A stretch of 64,000 nt of DNA from an uncultured Desulfatitalea sp. (GTDB lineage Bacteria; Desulfobacterota; Desulfobacteria; Desulfobacterales; Desulfosarcinaceae): contig CAXXMB010000001.1 in assembly GCA_963668675.2 (NCBI GenBank), forward strand, positions 1,376,001 to 1,440,000. Direction: 5' to 3'. This document shows positions 49,008-59,483 of the stretch, one piece after another. The first letter of the stretch is position 1. Each line of letters starts with the position of its first letter. Both the position numbers and the translations under genes were made by a program. Under the pieces are notes generated by a model that saw only the letters and a list, made by a program, of their open reading frames with translations, did no database searches and had not been told where the DNA came from.

Positions 49008-49226
49008 TCACAATTTTCGGCTCTTTTTTATTGCCAAGCCGATGTTTTTGTATCCAGCTGCGATTCCAAGCCCTAAAAAGATTAACGTTAGCCATGGGGT
49101 CGTTTCCCATCGTCGGTCCAGGTAAACGCCGATAGCCAATCCGATAAAGATGGAAAGCGCCACAGAGAGGCCGATGGTGCTGAAGTAAGCCAACTCCTGT
49201 ATGTAGTGCCGCGTCTCTTTTTTCAT
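49008..49226 (-). CDS. AtpZ/AtpI-family small membrane protein
   Basis: G..IGVYLD...T.PWL....L.LG..AG pattern, first gene of the atp block. Confidence 0.85.
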   Translation of the reverse strand: MKKETRHYIQELAYFSTIGLSVALSIFIGLAIGVYLDRRWETTPWLTLIFLGLGIAAGYKNIGLAIKKSRKL

Positions 49227-49424
49227 ACGAAAGAGCAGTTGCCGGAAAGCTGAATTAACAGCACATCAAGGAACGAGGAACTAACACAGCCGGCACTCCA
49301 AGTCAATGCAAATTGTTAAAACGATCGGTTTTAGCCGCATCGAGCTATCGACACCAAGGTAGTTGAAATCGCTCCAAAAGAGCTGCCTCCATGATAGGGG
49401 ATATCCCCTTCCCACCGGTGGCGT

Positions 49425-50225
49425 TTACCATATGACATCCCTGGCATCAAATACCGGACCGTCGACGCAGGCGTGGCGATAACCTGCTTTTGGATCGGCA
49501 GCAAGAACCGCACACCCCAGGCAAGCTCCCATCCCGCATGCCATCATGGTTTCCATAGAGATCTGGCATGCCGCCTGATGGCGCAACGCCATCCCAGCAA
49601 CGCATTGCAACATGCCATGAGGTCCGCAAGCAAAAATCATATCAGGAGAGTCGGCCTCGATGGCGCTCTCCAGAGGATCGGTGATCAGGCACTGCTCTCC
49701 GCTGCTGCCATCGTCGGTGGTGACGGTTACCGGAATGCCCATGGCGACAAAATCCTCCCGGCACAGCAACTCTTCGCTCGATCTTCCGCCCAGAAAGAGA
49801 CGGCACCCGGAAAGCTGCACACCCACCGTCTTCAGGCGGGCAGCCAGAAATCGAATCGGCGCCACCCCGATGCCGCCCGCCACCAGATATAACCGCTGTT
49901 TGACTTCGGTTGAGATCCGAAATCCACGCCCAAGTGGACCGAGCAGATCGACCGTCTGCCCCGGCGTAAGTTGGGCCATCTGCCGGGTTCCTCTACCGAT
50001 CGTCTTGTAAAGAAGTTCGACGCCCTCGGGACGATCGGCATGGCCGATATGCCCGAATATCGAAAAAGGACGCCGCAACAAGGGTGTGTGGGTCGCTTCG
50101 GCCTGGAGCATGACGAACTGCCCCGGCACAGCATTCCCATAACCGTCAGGGCACCCCAGCCCAAGACGATAGCAGTTCGATGCGACCTGTTGATTCCATA
50201 ACACCGTGGTTTGCTGCTGAATCAT
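49425..50225 (-). CDS. pyrK: Dihydroorotate dehydrogenase electron transfer subunit
   Basis: PGQFV, RRPFS, GPLGRGF, AGGIGVAP, ACGP, MACGMGACLGC, CVDGPVF. Confidence 0.92.
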   Translation of the reverse strand: MIQQQTTVLWNQQVASNCYRLGLGCPDGYGNAVPGQFVMLQAEATHTPLLRRPFSIFGHIGHADRPEGVELLYKTIGRGTRQMAQLTPGQTVDLLGPLGRGFRISTEVKQRLYLVAGGIGVAPIRFLAARLKTVGVQLSGCRLFLGGRSSEELLCREDFVAMGIPVTVTTDDGSSGEQCLITDPLESAIEADSPDMIFACGPHGMLQCVAGMALRHQAACQISMETMMACGMGACLGCAVLAADPKAGYRHACVDGPVFDARDVIW

Positions 50226-50307
50226 ATGCACGCCCTCTCGAAAGCGCTTCATTCGTCATCTGAAGATGTGCACCGACACCCTCTTTACGCCGGTATCAAC
50301 CCACCGT

Positions 50308-51069
50308 TTACCAGCGGATTACCGCTGCGAACCGACCGGTCCCGCACCCTTCTCCTCTGTATGAGAAGAAGGTGGACGTGTTGCAGCGTGTGCAGATACC
50401 GGCCACCATCACCTGATCGGCCGGCACACCGGCCGCGATCAGCTGATCGATACTGATTTGCCAGAAATCGAACAGATCTCCTTCCCGTCGGTATGTCCAA
50501 TAACGGGAGGGTATCTCACTCCGATAGTTCTTAAATTCCGCACAACAGGGCCCCAGTGACGGCCCTATTCCGCCGTGGATATCTTCAGGTCGGCAACCGA
50601 ACCTCAACGTCATCGACGCGACCGTTTTTCCGATGATGTTATGCGTGCTGCCCCGCCAGCCTGAATGGACATTTGCAATGACACGCTTGACCGGGTCGGC
50701 CAGCAAGACACTCTGACAATCGGCCATCTGTATGACCAGCGCTGTGCCCGGTTCATTCGTCACCAAGGCATCTCCGTCCAATCGGATGTTTCCCTCGTTC
50801 CGAGTATTGTCCCAGACAGCCACCTGTGTGCCGTGCACCTGGTGTGCGTAGACAGCCGGTGCACCGCCAACAGTCGCCATCATCCGGCGGCGGTTTCGGG
50901 TAACGACGCTATCCGGATCGCCGGCATGGTAACCCACATTGAATGGGGAAACCGCGCCAATCTGCCTATCTCTCAAATGGCGAGTGAAGATACCATGCCA
51001 CAGTCCGGTGAATCGCGCCAGGTGCGGAAACTGGATGTATCTCAAATCATTCTCGTCGATCCATCGCAT
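50308..51069 (-). CDS. pgeF: Peptidoglycan editing factor / purine nucleoside phosphorylase YfiH
   Basis: QVHG, DALVT, ADC, HSGWRG, IGPSLGPCC, FFSYR. Confidence 0.9.
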   Translation of the reverse strand: MRWIDENDLRYIQFPHLARFTGLWHGIFTRHLRDRQIGAVSPFNVGYHAGDPDSVVTRNRRRMMATVGGAPAVYAHQVHGTQVAVWDNTRNEGNIRLDGDALVTNEPGTALVIQMADCQSVLLADPVKRVIANVHSGWRGSTHNIIGKTVASMTLRFGCRPEDIHGGIGPSLGPCCAEFKNYRSEIPSRYWTYRREGDLFDFWQISIDQLIAAGVPADQVMVAGICTRCNTSTFFSYRGEGCGTGRFAAVIRW

Positions 51070-51079
51070 CGATCATCAC

Positions 51080-51880
51080 CTATAACAGGGCCCGGGCAAG
51101 GGTGAGCACCCTGACGCTTCTAGCGCCGGCGTTTAATAGCGTCCTGGCGCAGGCATCTGCCGTAGTGCCCGTCGTCAAGACATCATCGACAACGAGAACG
51201 CTGCGGCTCCGGATGCGTTGCCTGTCTGTAACACGGAACGCGCGGCGCAGGTTCTCCATTCGCCGATCTCTTTTCAAACCGGTTTGCGGTTCGGTGGGGC
51301 GATACCGTACCAACAGCCGCGGTGCAATCCACTCTGCCGGCGGACGCAACCCGTCCCGCATGACCAGTCGGGGCCACTCCACGAGCAGGGCTTGGGCCTG
51401 ATTGAAGCCTCTCTTTCGCAGGCGGGACGGGTGTAGCGGGACGGGAACGACGCTATCGAATTGATCCGCTGCCCAGTATTTGCGGAGAGTTGCCCAGAGA
51501 AGGCGACCCAGAGGGCGCGCCAAACGTTCCCGACCTTTGTATTTCAACTGGTGGATCGTGCTTTTCAACGCCCCCTGGTAGATGCCTGCCGCCCGGGCCT
51601 CGGCGTAACTGGGCGGCTGCGACAAGCAATCACCGCAAAGATGGTCAATGCCATGTGACGATTCGAACGGCAGGCCGCATTGCAAGCACATGGGGGTCGT
51701 AATTTCAGCATATTGGGATCTGCATGCTGTACAGAGGTTACCTTCGAACAACGCTTCGAAATGGAACTGCCCATCTTCATCATATCCATCAATGGTGTAC
51801 CTGCGGTGGGCAATGGGAAAAAGCCGGCCGCAGGCGAAACAAACCCCCGGGAAAAGAGCATCCTTGACGGTATTTCCCAA
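51080..51880 (-). CDS. comF: ComF family protein (double Zn ribbon + phosphoribosyltransferase domain)
   Basis: Four CxxC motifs, VPVPLH, RGFNQ, VDDVLTTGTT. Start uncertain: TTG 51880 chosen because the longer ORF overlaps icd and its terminator. Confidence 0.85.
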   Translation of the reverse strand: MGNTVKDALFPGVCFACGRLFPIAHRRYTIDGYDEDGQFHFEALFEGNLCTACRSQYAEITTPMCLQCGLPFESSHGIDHLCGDCLSQPPSYAEARAAGIYQGALKSTIHQLKYKGRERLARPLGRLLWATLRKYWAADQFDSVVPVPLHPSRLRKRGFNQAQALLVEWPRLVMRDGLRPPAEWIAPRLLVRYRPTEPQTGLKRDRRMENLRRAFRVTDRQRIRSRSVLVVDDVLTTGTTADACARTLLNAGARSVRVLTLARALL

Positions 51881-51914
51881 CTTCCGACATACAGATGCAA
51901 AATATGCGTAGCGG

Positions 51915-51953
51915 GGAAAAAAGCGCTCTTCTGCATGCGGCGCAGAAAAGAGG
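51915..51953 (-). terminator. Probable terminator of icd
   Basis: Minus strand CTCTTTTCTGC...GCAGAAGAG followed by CGCTTTTTT. Confidence 0.5.
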
Positions 51954-51974
51954 CCTTTGGATCCACCCCCCCTT

Positions 51975-53201
51975 CTAAAGATGATCGCATATCGCTTGTG
52001 CAAAGGCCGAACAGGCGACCTCCCTGGCATCTTCGATCTGCCTGGCCAGGTCATATGTGACCACGCCATCCCGAACAGTGGCCTGGAGCGCCACCCTCAC
52101 TTTGTCGGCAGCCTCCCGCCATCCAAGATAATCGAGCATCATGGCACCGGACAAAATCAATGAACTGGGATTGACCTTGTCCAGTCCGGCATATTTGGGC
52201 GCAGTTCCGTGGGTGGCTTCAAAGACGGCGCACTTGTCTCCGATATTGGCGCCGGGGGCCATCCCCAGCCCGCCGACTTGGGCCGCCAATGCATCCGAGA
52301 TATAATCGCCGTTCAAGTTGGGCGTTGCGATCACATCGAACTCATCCGGTCGCAACAGCACCTGCTGAAAAAGCATGTCGGCGATACGGTCCTTGATCAC
52401 CACCTTGCCTTCCGGACGATTGCCGCCATGCGTATCGTATAGCTCGGCCTCGGTGATCGTGTGCTCGGCGAACTGCTCCTTGGCCACATCGTATCCCCAA
52501 CGGCTGAAGGCGCCTTCGGTATACTTCATGATGTTGCCCTTGTGCATCAGCGTCACGCTCTCCCGTCCCTGCTCCACCGCATAAGCGATCGCCCTTGCAA
52601 CGAGCCGTTTGCTGTTTTTTTCACTGATGGGCTTGATACCGATACCCGTCATGCTGCCAAGCGTTGTGCCCATCTCCTTGTTCAGAAATGCGATGATCTT
52701 TTCCGCCTCCTCGGTGCCGGCTTGCCACTCGATACCGGCATAGAGGTCCTCCGTATTTTCGCGAAACACCACCATATCGATCTTTTCAGGAAATTTAAGC
52801 GGGCTGGGGACCGGATGGATGTAGCGAACCGGACGGACACAGGCATAGAGATCGAGCTTTTGCCGGATGGCAACATTCAAACTGCGGATCCCGGTTCCGA
52901 TGGGCGTGGTCATGGGGCCTTTGATGGCAACGACGTGATCGCTGATCGTTGCCAGGGCCTCATCTGAAAGCCATTGCCCGGTTTCGTGAAACCCTTTCTC
53001 ACCCACCAGCAACTCAAGCCACTCTATGCTGCGCCTCCCCTCATAGGCAGCTGTTACCGCCTGGTCCAGGACAAGCCGGGTGGCCGGCCAGATATCGCGA
53101 CCGATGCCATCGCCTTCTATAAATGGTATAATTGGTGAGCCGGGAACCTGAAGCACGCCATCTTCCGTCATGGTAATTTTCTCTGCATGGTTGTTTTCCA
53201 T
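51975..53201 (-). CDS. icd: Isocitrate dehydrogenase (dimeric E. coli type)
   Basis: [56 protein letters not shown]. Confidence 0.96.
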   Translation of the reverse strand: MENNHAEKITMTEDGVLQVPGSPIIPFIEGDGIGRDIWPATRLVLDQAVTAAYEGRRSIEWLELLVGEKGFHETGQWLSDEALATISDHVVAIKGPMTTPIGTGIRSLNVAIRQKLDLYACVRPVRYIHPVPSPLKFPEKIDMVVFRENTEDLYAGIEWQAGTEEAEKIIAFLNKEMGTTLGSMTGIGIKPISEKNSKRLVARAIAYAVEQGRESVTLMHKGNIMKYTEGAFSRWGYDVAKEQFAEHTITEAELYDTHGGNRPEGKVVIKDRIADMLFQQVLLRPDEFDVIATPNLNGDYISDALAAQVGGLGMAPGANIGDKCAVFEATHGTAPKYAGLDKVNPSSLILSGAMMLDYLGWREAADKVRVALQATVRDGVVTYDLARQIEDAREVACSAFAQAICDHL

Positions 53202-53258
53202 TTAAACTATCACCCTCCTCTTTTACGCTTGCGCGCCTTTATTCGTCTCAACCACACC

Positions 53259-54023
53259 TTACCTTTTCTTCTTCTGGGCGGCAAGGCGCTGCCTGTATGA
53301 TTCATAGATGATAACGGCCGCTGCTGCCGAGGCATTCAAAGAGCCCACTGGACCGGTTTGGGGGATGGAGACCGTAAAGTCACAGTGTTTGCGTACCAGC
53401 GGCCGCAACCCCTTCTCCTCACCTCCGATGACAAGCGCCAGCGGTCCGGAGAGGTCGGCCTCGAAGAGAGTGCGCTCCCCGTCCCGATCTGCCCCGGCCA
53501 CCCATATGCCGTGCTGCTTCATCCTCTTGATCGCATCCACCAGATTGGTCACATACGCCACCGGCATGTGCTCAAGCGCACCGGCAGAGGCCTTGCTCGC
53601 TGTCGCGGATGGTGGTGCCGATCGGTCCTTGGGCAAAATCAAGCCCTGGACACCGGCACAATGCGCGGTCCTCGCCATAGCCCCCATATTCTGCGGATCC
53701 ACCACCCGGTCAAGCAGAAGAAGCCATGCCGGCGCGGACGATTGAGACCCAGCGGGAAGCAGATGATCCAGAGATGCAATCGGATAGGGTCCTGTTTGCG
53801 CACAGACGTCCTGGTGACGCGGGTGACCCACCATGGCAGTTATCTGCTGGGGCGCCACCCATTGCACATCAATACCGGCCGATTTAGCGATATCGGCAAT
53901 GGCCTCGCGGCGCGATGCGCCCTTGCCTTGACCGATATATACCCTGTCGATGCGACGACGGTGCGCAAGCAACGCCTCACGCACCGGGTGATAGCCAAAA
54001 AGAACATTCGTCGCAGTTGTCAT
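53259..54023 (-). CDS. rlmB: 23S rRNA (G2251-2'-O)-methyltransferase
   Basis: DPQNMGA..R, KASAGA, GGEEKGLR, SLNASAA. Confidence 0.9.
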   Translation of the reverse strand: MTTATNVLFGYHPVREALLAHRRRIDRVYIGQGKGASRREAIADIAKSAGIDVQWVAPQQITAMVGHPRHQDVCAQTGPYPIASLDHLLPAGSQSSAPAWLLLLDRVVDPQNMGAMARTAHCAGVQGLILPKDRSAPPSATASKASAGALEHMPVAYVTNLVDAIKRMKQHGIWVAGADRDGERTLFEADLSGPLALVIGGEEKGLRPLVRKHCDFTVSIPQTGPVGSLNASAAAAVIIYESYRQRLAAQKKKR

Positions 54024-54052
54024 GGCATACTCTAAGGAAACAGACCGACTTT

Positions 54053-54658
54053 TCAAGTCGGCAAGCGATAGCTTTCGATAATTGAGATAAACGCTTGCTT
54101 GGCGCGGTCGAGATCGTCGTTGACCAGAACATGGCGATAGGTTTCCTGCTGATCCATCTCCAGGTGAGCGTTGCGCATGCGAATGGCGATGGTCGCCTCG
54201 TCATCCCCGCCCCTCTGCCTCAGGCGCTGCTCGAGCGTCTCCAGCGAGGGGGGCGAGATGAATATGGTCACCGCCTGGGGAAATCGACGCAGCAGTTGCT
54301 GCGTCCCCTGGACATCGATGTCCATCAGGATATCCTGGCCTCGGGCAAGCGTCTGGTCGATCCATTCGGCGCTCGTCCCGTAGAGATGACCGTGCACCCT
54401 TGCCCACTCGGCCCAGCGCCCGTTGGCGATCCCCTCTTCAAACGCATCCCGGGTGATGAAGAAGTAGTCCTTTCCATCTGCCTCCCCCGGGCGGGGCGAC
54501 CGGGTGGTGTAGGAGATGGAGTAGGCCAAATCGCAAATGTGCTGCCTGACGGCGTCGCACAGGGTCGTTTTACCCGCGCCCGAGGGTGCCGAAACGATGA
54601 AGAGTCTCCCCGGATCAACGACGGGGTTCAAAGGTCTATCAGCCGTGACGTCACCCAT
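54053..54658 (-). CDS. gmk: Guanylate kinase
   Basis: SAPSGAGKTT, SYTTRSPRPGE, YGT, DIDVQG. Confidence 0.96.
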   Translation of the reverse strand: MGDVTADRPLNPVVDPGRLFIVSAPSGAGKTTLCDAVRQHICDLAYSISYTTRSPRPGEADGKDYFFITRDAFEEGIANGRWAEWARVHGHLYGTSAEWIDQTLARGQDILMDIDVQGTQQLLRRFPQAVTIFISPPSLETLEQRLRQRGGDDEATIAIRMRNAHLEMDQQETYRHVLVNDDLDRAKQAFISIIESYRLPT

Positions 54659-54660
54659 GG

Positions 54661-54918
54661 CTACTCGTCGGCCTCTTTCAGCGTTTCAAATCGCTGGGAA
54701 ATGGTCTCGGCCTGAATGGCCGAAAGTACGATATGGTTGCTGTCCATGATGATGATCGAACGGGTGCGTCGACCATGAGTGGCGTCGATGAGATGATGAT
54801 CATCCCTGGCCTCGTCTTTTAAACGCTTCATGGGAGATGAATTGGGAGACACGATTGCCACGACGCGCTCGGCCACCACTGTATTGCCAAACCCGATATT
54901 GAGCAGATTCTTTTCCAT
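54661..54918 (-). CDS. remA: RemA / DUF370 family protein
   Basis: [25 protein letters not shown]; yicC-remA-gmk synteny. Confidence 0.9.
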   Translation of the reverse strand: MEKNLLNIGFGNTVVAERVVAIVSPNSSPMKRLKDEARDDHHLIDATHGRRTRSIIIMDSNHIVLSAIQAETISQRFETLKEADE

Positions 54919-54975
54919 CCGATTTCTCTCTTCCTCCTGCAACCTTGCCCTTAAACCCGCACCGCCTCAGATAAA

Positions 54976-55857
54976 TCACTCGATATTCTGCACCTGTTCA
55001 CGCAGTTTCTCAATTTCAGCCTTAACAGCCACGATCAGATGGGCCAAATCGGCCTGCCCGATTTTCGACCCCATCGTGTTGAACTCCCTGTTGAACTCCT
55101 GTAGCAGGAAGTTGAGTTTCCGGCCGGCCGGTTCGGGTCCCTCCATAAAGGATCGAAACTGGAGGATATGGCTGCGGGAACGAACGATCTCCTCTGAAAT
55201 GTCACTGCGGTCTGCCAGGATCGCAGCCTCCTGGGCAACACGCACCGGGTCCAATTCGACCACCCCTTTGGTCAACGCCTCTATCCTGACAGACAATTTT
55301 TCCCTATACATTGCCGGGAGTCTCTCGGCCCCCTCCTCTATCTGGTCCAGATGCGCCTCGATCATCGCCAGTCGCCGGGAGAAGTCCTCACCGGTATGGC
55401 TGCCCTCCTGCAACCGCATCTGATCCAGGGCGGTCATAACCTCCATCAGCGTCTCCTCAATCAGTGGCCAGGAGTCATCGATGGCCTCGCTGCTCTCGCG
55501 CGGCAGGATGATGCCGTTGACATCGAGCAGACGATCGAGTGACATCTCCCCGGCAATGTTGATCTCCTCTTTCAGCGTCTGCACAGCCGAATGGAACGCC
55601 TTGGCTTTGACCATGTCCACCTCAAACGCACAAGCCTTTTCAGAAGTATCCTTTACCCAGATGCGAACCTCTATTCTTCCGCGCACCAGCGATGAAGCGA
55701 TCATCCCTTTGATCTTCTCTTCCAGACCTGCAAAGCCATGGGGCAAACGGATGGAGATATCCAAATGGCGGCTGTTATATGATCTCATCTCTACATTGAC
55801 GGTGAGGTCCTGTGCACTTTTTTCAATACCGGCGTATGCGGTCATACTTTTAAGCAT
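54976..55857 (-). CDS. yicC: YicC/YloC family endoribonuclease
   Basis: SMTAY, RSYNSRHLD, DISEEI.R, GRKLNFLLQEFNRE.NT.GSK, EKLREQVQNIE. Confidence 0.93.
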   Translation of the reverse strand: MLKSMTAYAGIEKSAQDLTVNVEMRSYNSRHLDISIRLPHGFAGLEEKIKGMIASSLVRGRIEVRIWVKDTSEKACAFEVDMVKAKAFHSAVQTLKEEINIAGEMSLDRLLDVNGIILPRESSEAIDDSWPLIEETLMEVMTALDQMRLQEGSHTGEDFSRRLAMIEAHLDQIEEGAERLPAMYREKLSVRIEALTKGVVELDPVRVAQEAAILADRSDISEEIVRSRSHILQFRSFMEGPEPAGRKLNFLLQEFNREFNTMGSKIGQADLAHLIVAVKAEIEKLREQVQNIE

Positions 55858-55914
55858 AGGGAATCGGTTCCTCTCATCGTGTACTGTGGATTTAACACCA
55901 CGCAGATCCTGCCA

Positions 55915-56496
55915 TCACCTCTTCACGGTTTCCGGCAATCGGTTTAAATCAGCGGCATATTTGTTTCGGACCTTCAATAAAAAAGCGCGCATATTTTCAT
56001 CGGCATAATCAGGATAGGTCCATGGCAATGTACGGTATTTGCCTTGCTGGTAGATCAAGGTCAAATCCGCATAGATCTGTTCACCGATGTAGATACGATG
56101 GGTAAAATTCTTCCCTGTCGCCAATACGAACCGTTCATAGAGCAGATAGCCCGGGTCGATGTTCACCTGTCGCTTGTCGTTGCGGGCGTATCGACGCTCC
56201 AGATCGTTTGTGGTGCATTTGATTCTGGCCAGTGCGTCCTGGGCGATCAACTCTTCAAACACCAACATCCGGCGGTAGAGCGGGCCACCCATCTCAGCTG
56301 CGTAATAGTCGGTGTAATCAAAGGAAAACCACGGACTGACCATATCGATTGTGCCGAAAGCGACCTCCAGGTCGTGGGCCAGGCCATGGGCCATACCATT
56401 GGCCATACCATTGGATAGATCAGCCAGCAACGTCCTGTTCTTCATAAAAATTCCGACGATCAATTTGGCCGGTTGCGGCGGTTTCGGTTGGCTCAT
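55915..56496 (-). CDS. DUF4416 family protein
   Basis: TDYYAAEMG, RQVNIDPGY, LATGKNFTHRIY, LPWTYPDY. Confidence 0.85.
   Translation of the reverse strand: MSQPKPPQPAKLIVGIFMKNRTLLADLSNGMANGMAHGLAHDLEVAFGTIDMVSPWFSFDYTDYYAAEMGGPLYRRMLVFEELIAQDALARIKCTTNDLERRYARNDKRQVNIDPGYLLYERFVLATGKNFTHRIYIGEQIYADLTLIYQQGKYRTLPWTYPDYADENMRAFLLKVRNKYAADLNRLPETVKR
56365..56412. repeat. In-frame 12-bp tandem repeat inside DUF4416
   Basis: GGCCATACCATT x2 (56389-56412) plus degenerate units GGCCAGGCCATG and CTCCAGGTCGTG; encodes NGMA-NGMA-HGLA-HDLE. Confidence 0.8.
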
Positions 56497-56579
56497 CCCG
56501 TTGCATCCCTCAGTGGCGGTCCGTCTTACCCTTTTCAGGGGCGAAGAGATCCTTTGATTGGAGAGTGCTCCTGCTCTTC

Positions 56580-56759
56580 TTAACCGTTTCCCTTGATCGG
56601 TTTTGCCTCTTCAACCAGCATAATGGGAATGTCGTCACGTATTTCATAGAGCAGTTGGCACTTGTCGCAGACCAATCCGTCCCCTTGATTGTTCAAATGG
56701 ATTTCCCCCTTGCATTGCGGGCAAACCAAGAGATCCAGCAAGTGTTGATCAATGGCCAT
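56580..56759 (-). CDS. Trm112/YcaR family protein (59 aa; absent from the ORF track)
   Basis: Manual translation MAIDQHLLDLLVCPQCKGEIHLNNQGDGLVCDKCQLLYEIRDDIPIMLVEEAKPIKGNG; RBS GGAGG. Confidence 0.92.
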   Translation of the reverse strand: MAIDQHLLDLLVCPQCKGEIHLNNQGDGLVCDKCQLLYEIRDDIPIMLVEEAKPIKGNG

Positions 56760-56957
56760 GAAGCCTCCTCTCCTTTGTCATGAATGGGTGAGTAATTTTC
56801 CACACTTCAGCCAAAAGTGCAACAATCAAGGCAACCACGATATGTAAGCGGCAATCCAAAGCATGGACTTGAATATCAAAATCGGATACAACGTATGCAC
56901 GTGTACCGTTGGAGATGGCGGTTTCGGGATAACCAGTCGATAGAAAAGAGGCAATTG

Positions 56958-57920
56958 ATGCATCTATCCAAAAGGATCATGATCACCGGCGGATGTGGTT
57001 TTCTGGGTTCTCATTTGTGCGACCGGCTGCTCGCCCAAGGGCACGAAGTGTTGTGCGTGGACAACTGCTTCACCGGCAGCAAACGTAACATCAGGCACTT
57101 GTTGGATCATCAGAACTTCGAATTTGTTAGACACGACGTCACATTTCCCCTCTACATCGAGGTCGACGAAATATACAATATGGCTTGTCCGGCGTCTCCC
57201 ATCCACTACCAGTTCGACCCCGTCCAGACAACCAAAACAAGTGTCCACGGGGCGATCAACATGCTCGGATTGGCCAAGCGCGTCAAAGCCACGATTCTCC
57301 AGGCATCCACCAGCGAAGTGTATGGCGATCCGGAGGTGCACCCCCAGACGGAATCGTACTGGGGGCGCGTCAACCCCATCGGGGTGCGCTCCTGTTACGA
57401 CGAGGGTAAGCGGTGCGCCGAAACCCTCTTTTTCGACTATCACCGCCAGCATCGACTGAAGATCAAGGTGGCTCGCATTTTCAACACCTATGGCCCTCAC
57501 ATGCATCCCAACGATGGGCGGGTCGTCTCGAACTTTATCGTGCAGGCCCTCAAGGGGGAACCGATCACCATTTACGGTGAGGGGCAGCAGACACGCTCGT
57601 TCTGTTATGTCGATAATCTGGTCGAAGGCCTGATCCGTCTGATGAACTCGCCAGACGAGACCACCGGTCCGGTCAATCTGGGCAATCCGGTCGAATTTAC
57701 TATCCTGGAACTGGCACAGAAGGTAATCGCATTGACGAACAGCTCATCCAAATTGAGATATGAGCCGCTGCCCCAAGACGATCCGCGGCAACGCAAACCC
57801 GACATCTCACTGGCCCGAAAGGCACTCCAATGGGAGCCGAGCGTAGCATTGGAAGAGGGCCTGAAAAGCACCATCGCCTACTTTGAGCAGCTACTAAAAG
57901 AGAGCGGCACCCAGGGTTAA
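56958..57920 (+). CDS. UDP-glucuronic acid decarboxylase (UDP-xylose synthase) family SDR
   Basis: [51 protein letters not shown]. Confidence 0.92.
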   Translation: MHLSKRIMITGGCGFLGSHLCDRLLAQGHEVLCVDNCFTGSKRNIRHLLDHQNFEFVRHDVTFPLYIEVDEIYNMACPASPIHYQFDPVQTTKTSVHGAINMLGLAKRVKATILQASTSEVYGDPEVHPQTESYWGRVNPIGVRSCYDEGKRCAETLFFDYHRQHRLKIKVARIFNTYGPHMHPNDGRVVSNFIVQALKGEPITIYGEGQQTRSFCYVDNLVEGLIRLMNSPDETTGPVNLGNPVEFTILELAQKVIALTNSSSKLRYEPLPQDDPRQRKPDISLARKALQWEPSVALEEGLKSTIAYFEQLLKESGTQG

Positions 57921-57963
57921 AAAGGGATTCGAAGCACCCTACCCTTTTAAATGAATGCTTGCA

Positions 57964-59466
57964 TTATTTCCGGGATGGTTTCTTGCCCTGGTTCTGAAAT
58001 TCTGAAATGACCTTCTCAGCCAGCCGGGTGGTGCTGTAGCCTTCGACCAGGTCCACCAGTTTGACGCAGCCGCCATACGCCTCGACCACCTCTTTCCCGA
58101 CCACCTCATCGGGGGCGTAATCCGACCCTTTCACGAGGATGTCAGGACGAATCGCCTTGATCAGTTCGATGGGGGTATCCTCACCGAAAGGGACGACCAG
58201 GTCCACGCACTCCAGCGCCCCGAGGATGGCAGCCCGATCCTGTTCGGATAGAATCGGACGACCGCTTCCTTTCAGTCGCTTGATCGAGTCGTCGGTATTG
58301 AGCCCCACCACGAGCCGATCTCCCAATGAGCGGGCCTTATACAATAAACTGATATGGCCCGGATGAAGCAGATCAAAACATCCGTTAGTAAAAACGACCC
58401 GGCTGCCGGACACTTGCCACGCCGCGACTTTGGCCAGTGCGGCCTCCCTATCGCTCATCTTGGCAGCCGAATAGGGATAGAAGCCGTGCCGGCCGTCGCA
58501 GGCCAAGGCCATCGACAGCTCCGAGGCCAGAATGGGTTGGGTACCCAGCTTGCCGACCACGATACCTGCGGCCTGATTGGCAGTACGGGCGGCATCCACC
58601 AGTGGCGTTCCAACTGAGAGCGCTGCCGCCAGAGTCGCGATGACCGTATCACCGGCGCCGGAGACGTCGTAAACCTCCCGCGCCTCTGCCGGGATCATCA
58701 GAGGATCGCGATCCGACTCGATCAAACACATCCCCTGTGCACCGCGGGTGACCAACAGCCAATCCAGCTCATAACGGGTCCTGATCTCCTTGGCAAAGGC
58801 GATCAAACGGGGTTCATCGGATTCCAACTGCGCACCGGCGACCGCCTCCAGTTCAGCCGTATTGGGTGTTATACCCGAGGCGCCCTTGTAGCGACTCCAA
58901 TCGGTCCCTTTGGGATCCACGAGAACCGGCACGCCCCGATTGCGGCAGACCTCAATCAACTCGCGGGCAAATGTCGGACTACCGAACACCCCTTTGCCGT
59001 AATCAGAGAGGATGACAGCCCCGCGGTCGTCCAATCCTTCGGACATCGCATTGCGAACCGATTCGAGCACTCGGTCGTCCAGAGGCGCCACTCGCTCATC
59101 ATCCAACCGCAGAATCTGCTGCTTATGGGCCATGACTCGTGTTTTGGTAGTAGTGGGCCTTCCGTTATCCACCACGAGACGGTCGTTGATTCCTTTGGAT
59201 GCGATGAGATCTCTCAGCTCTTGGGCGGCACTGTCGATACCGATCACACCGATGATGGTCACTCGACTGTATAGGGAGGCCAAATTGGACGCCACGTTTC
59301 CCGCACCACCGAGGGTCGCCGTGGTGCGCTGCACCTGAACCACAGGGACCGGCGCTTCGGGCGAAATGCGCTTTACATGACCCCAGACGTAGCGGTCCAG
59401 CATGATGTCCCCGACGACAAGTATGTCTGCCCCTTTAAACGGGGCCATTTTCTCCTGCATATCCAT
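57964..59466 (-). CDS. hldE: Bifunctional heptose-7-phosphate kinase / heptose-1-phosphate adenylyltransferase
   Basis: GDIMLD, RISPEAPVPV, SDYGKG, DVSGAGDT, FTNGCFDLLHPGH, KGSDY. Confidence 0.95.
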   Translation of the reverse strand: MDMQEKMAPFKGADILVVGDIMLDRYVWGHVKRISPEAPVPVVQVQRTTATLGGAGNVASNLASLYSRVTIIGVIGIDSAAQELRDLIASKGINDRLVVDNGRPTTTKTRVMAHKQQILRLDDERVAPLDDRVLESVRNAMSEGLDDRGAVILSDYGKGVFGSPTFARELIEVCRNRGVPVLVDPKGTDWSRYKGASGITPNTAELEAVAGAQLESDEPRLIAFAKEIRTRYELDWLLVTRGAQGMCLIESDRDPLMIPAEAREVYDVSGAGDTVIATLAAALSVGTPLVDAARTANQAAGIVVGKLGTQPILASELSMALACDGRHGFYPYSAAKMSDREAALAKVAAWQVSGSRVVFTNGCFDLLHPGHISLLYKARSLGDRLVVGLNTDDSIKRLKGSGRPILSEQDRAAILGALECVDLVVPFGEDTPIELIKAIRPDILVKGSDYAPDEVVGKEVVEAYGGCVKLVDLVEGYSTTRLAEKVISEFQNQGKKPSRK

Positions 59467-59483
59467 TCCCGTCCCGGTATCGG

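Noticed and set aside
47508..49226. atp operon lacking b, delta and F1 genes as a sign of decay
   Set aside because: Split atp operons are normal in this lineage; the ORFs are intact
51881..52069. N-terminal extension of ComF, and the G7 tract at 51966-51972 as a phase-variation site
   Set aside because: Overlaps the icd 3' end and its terminator; the tract is short and probably outside the real CDS
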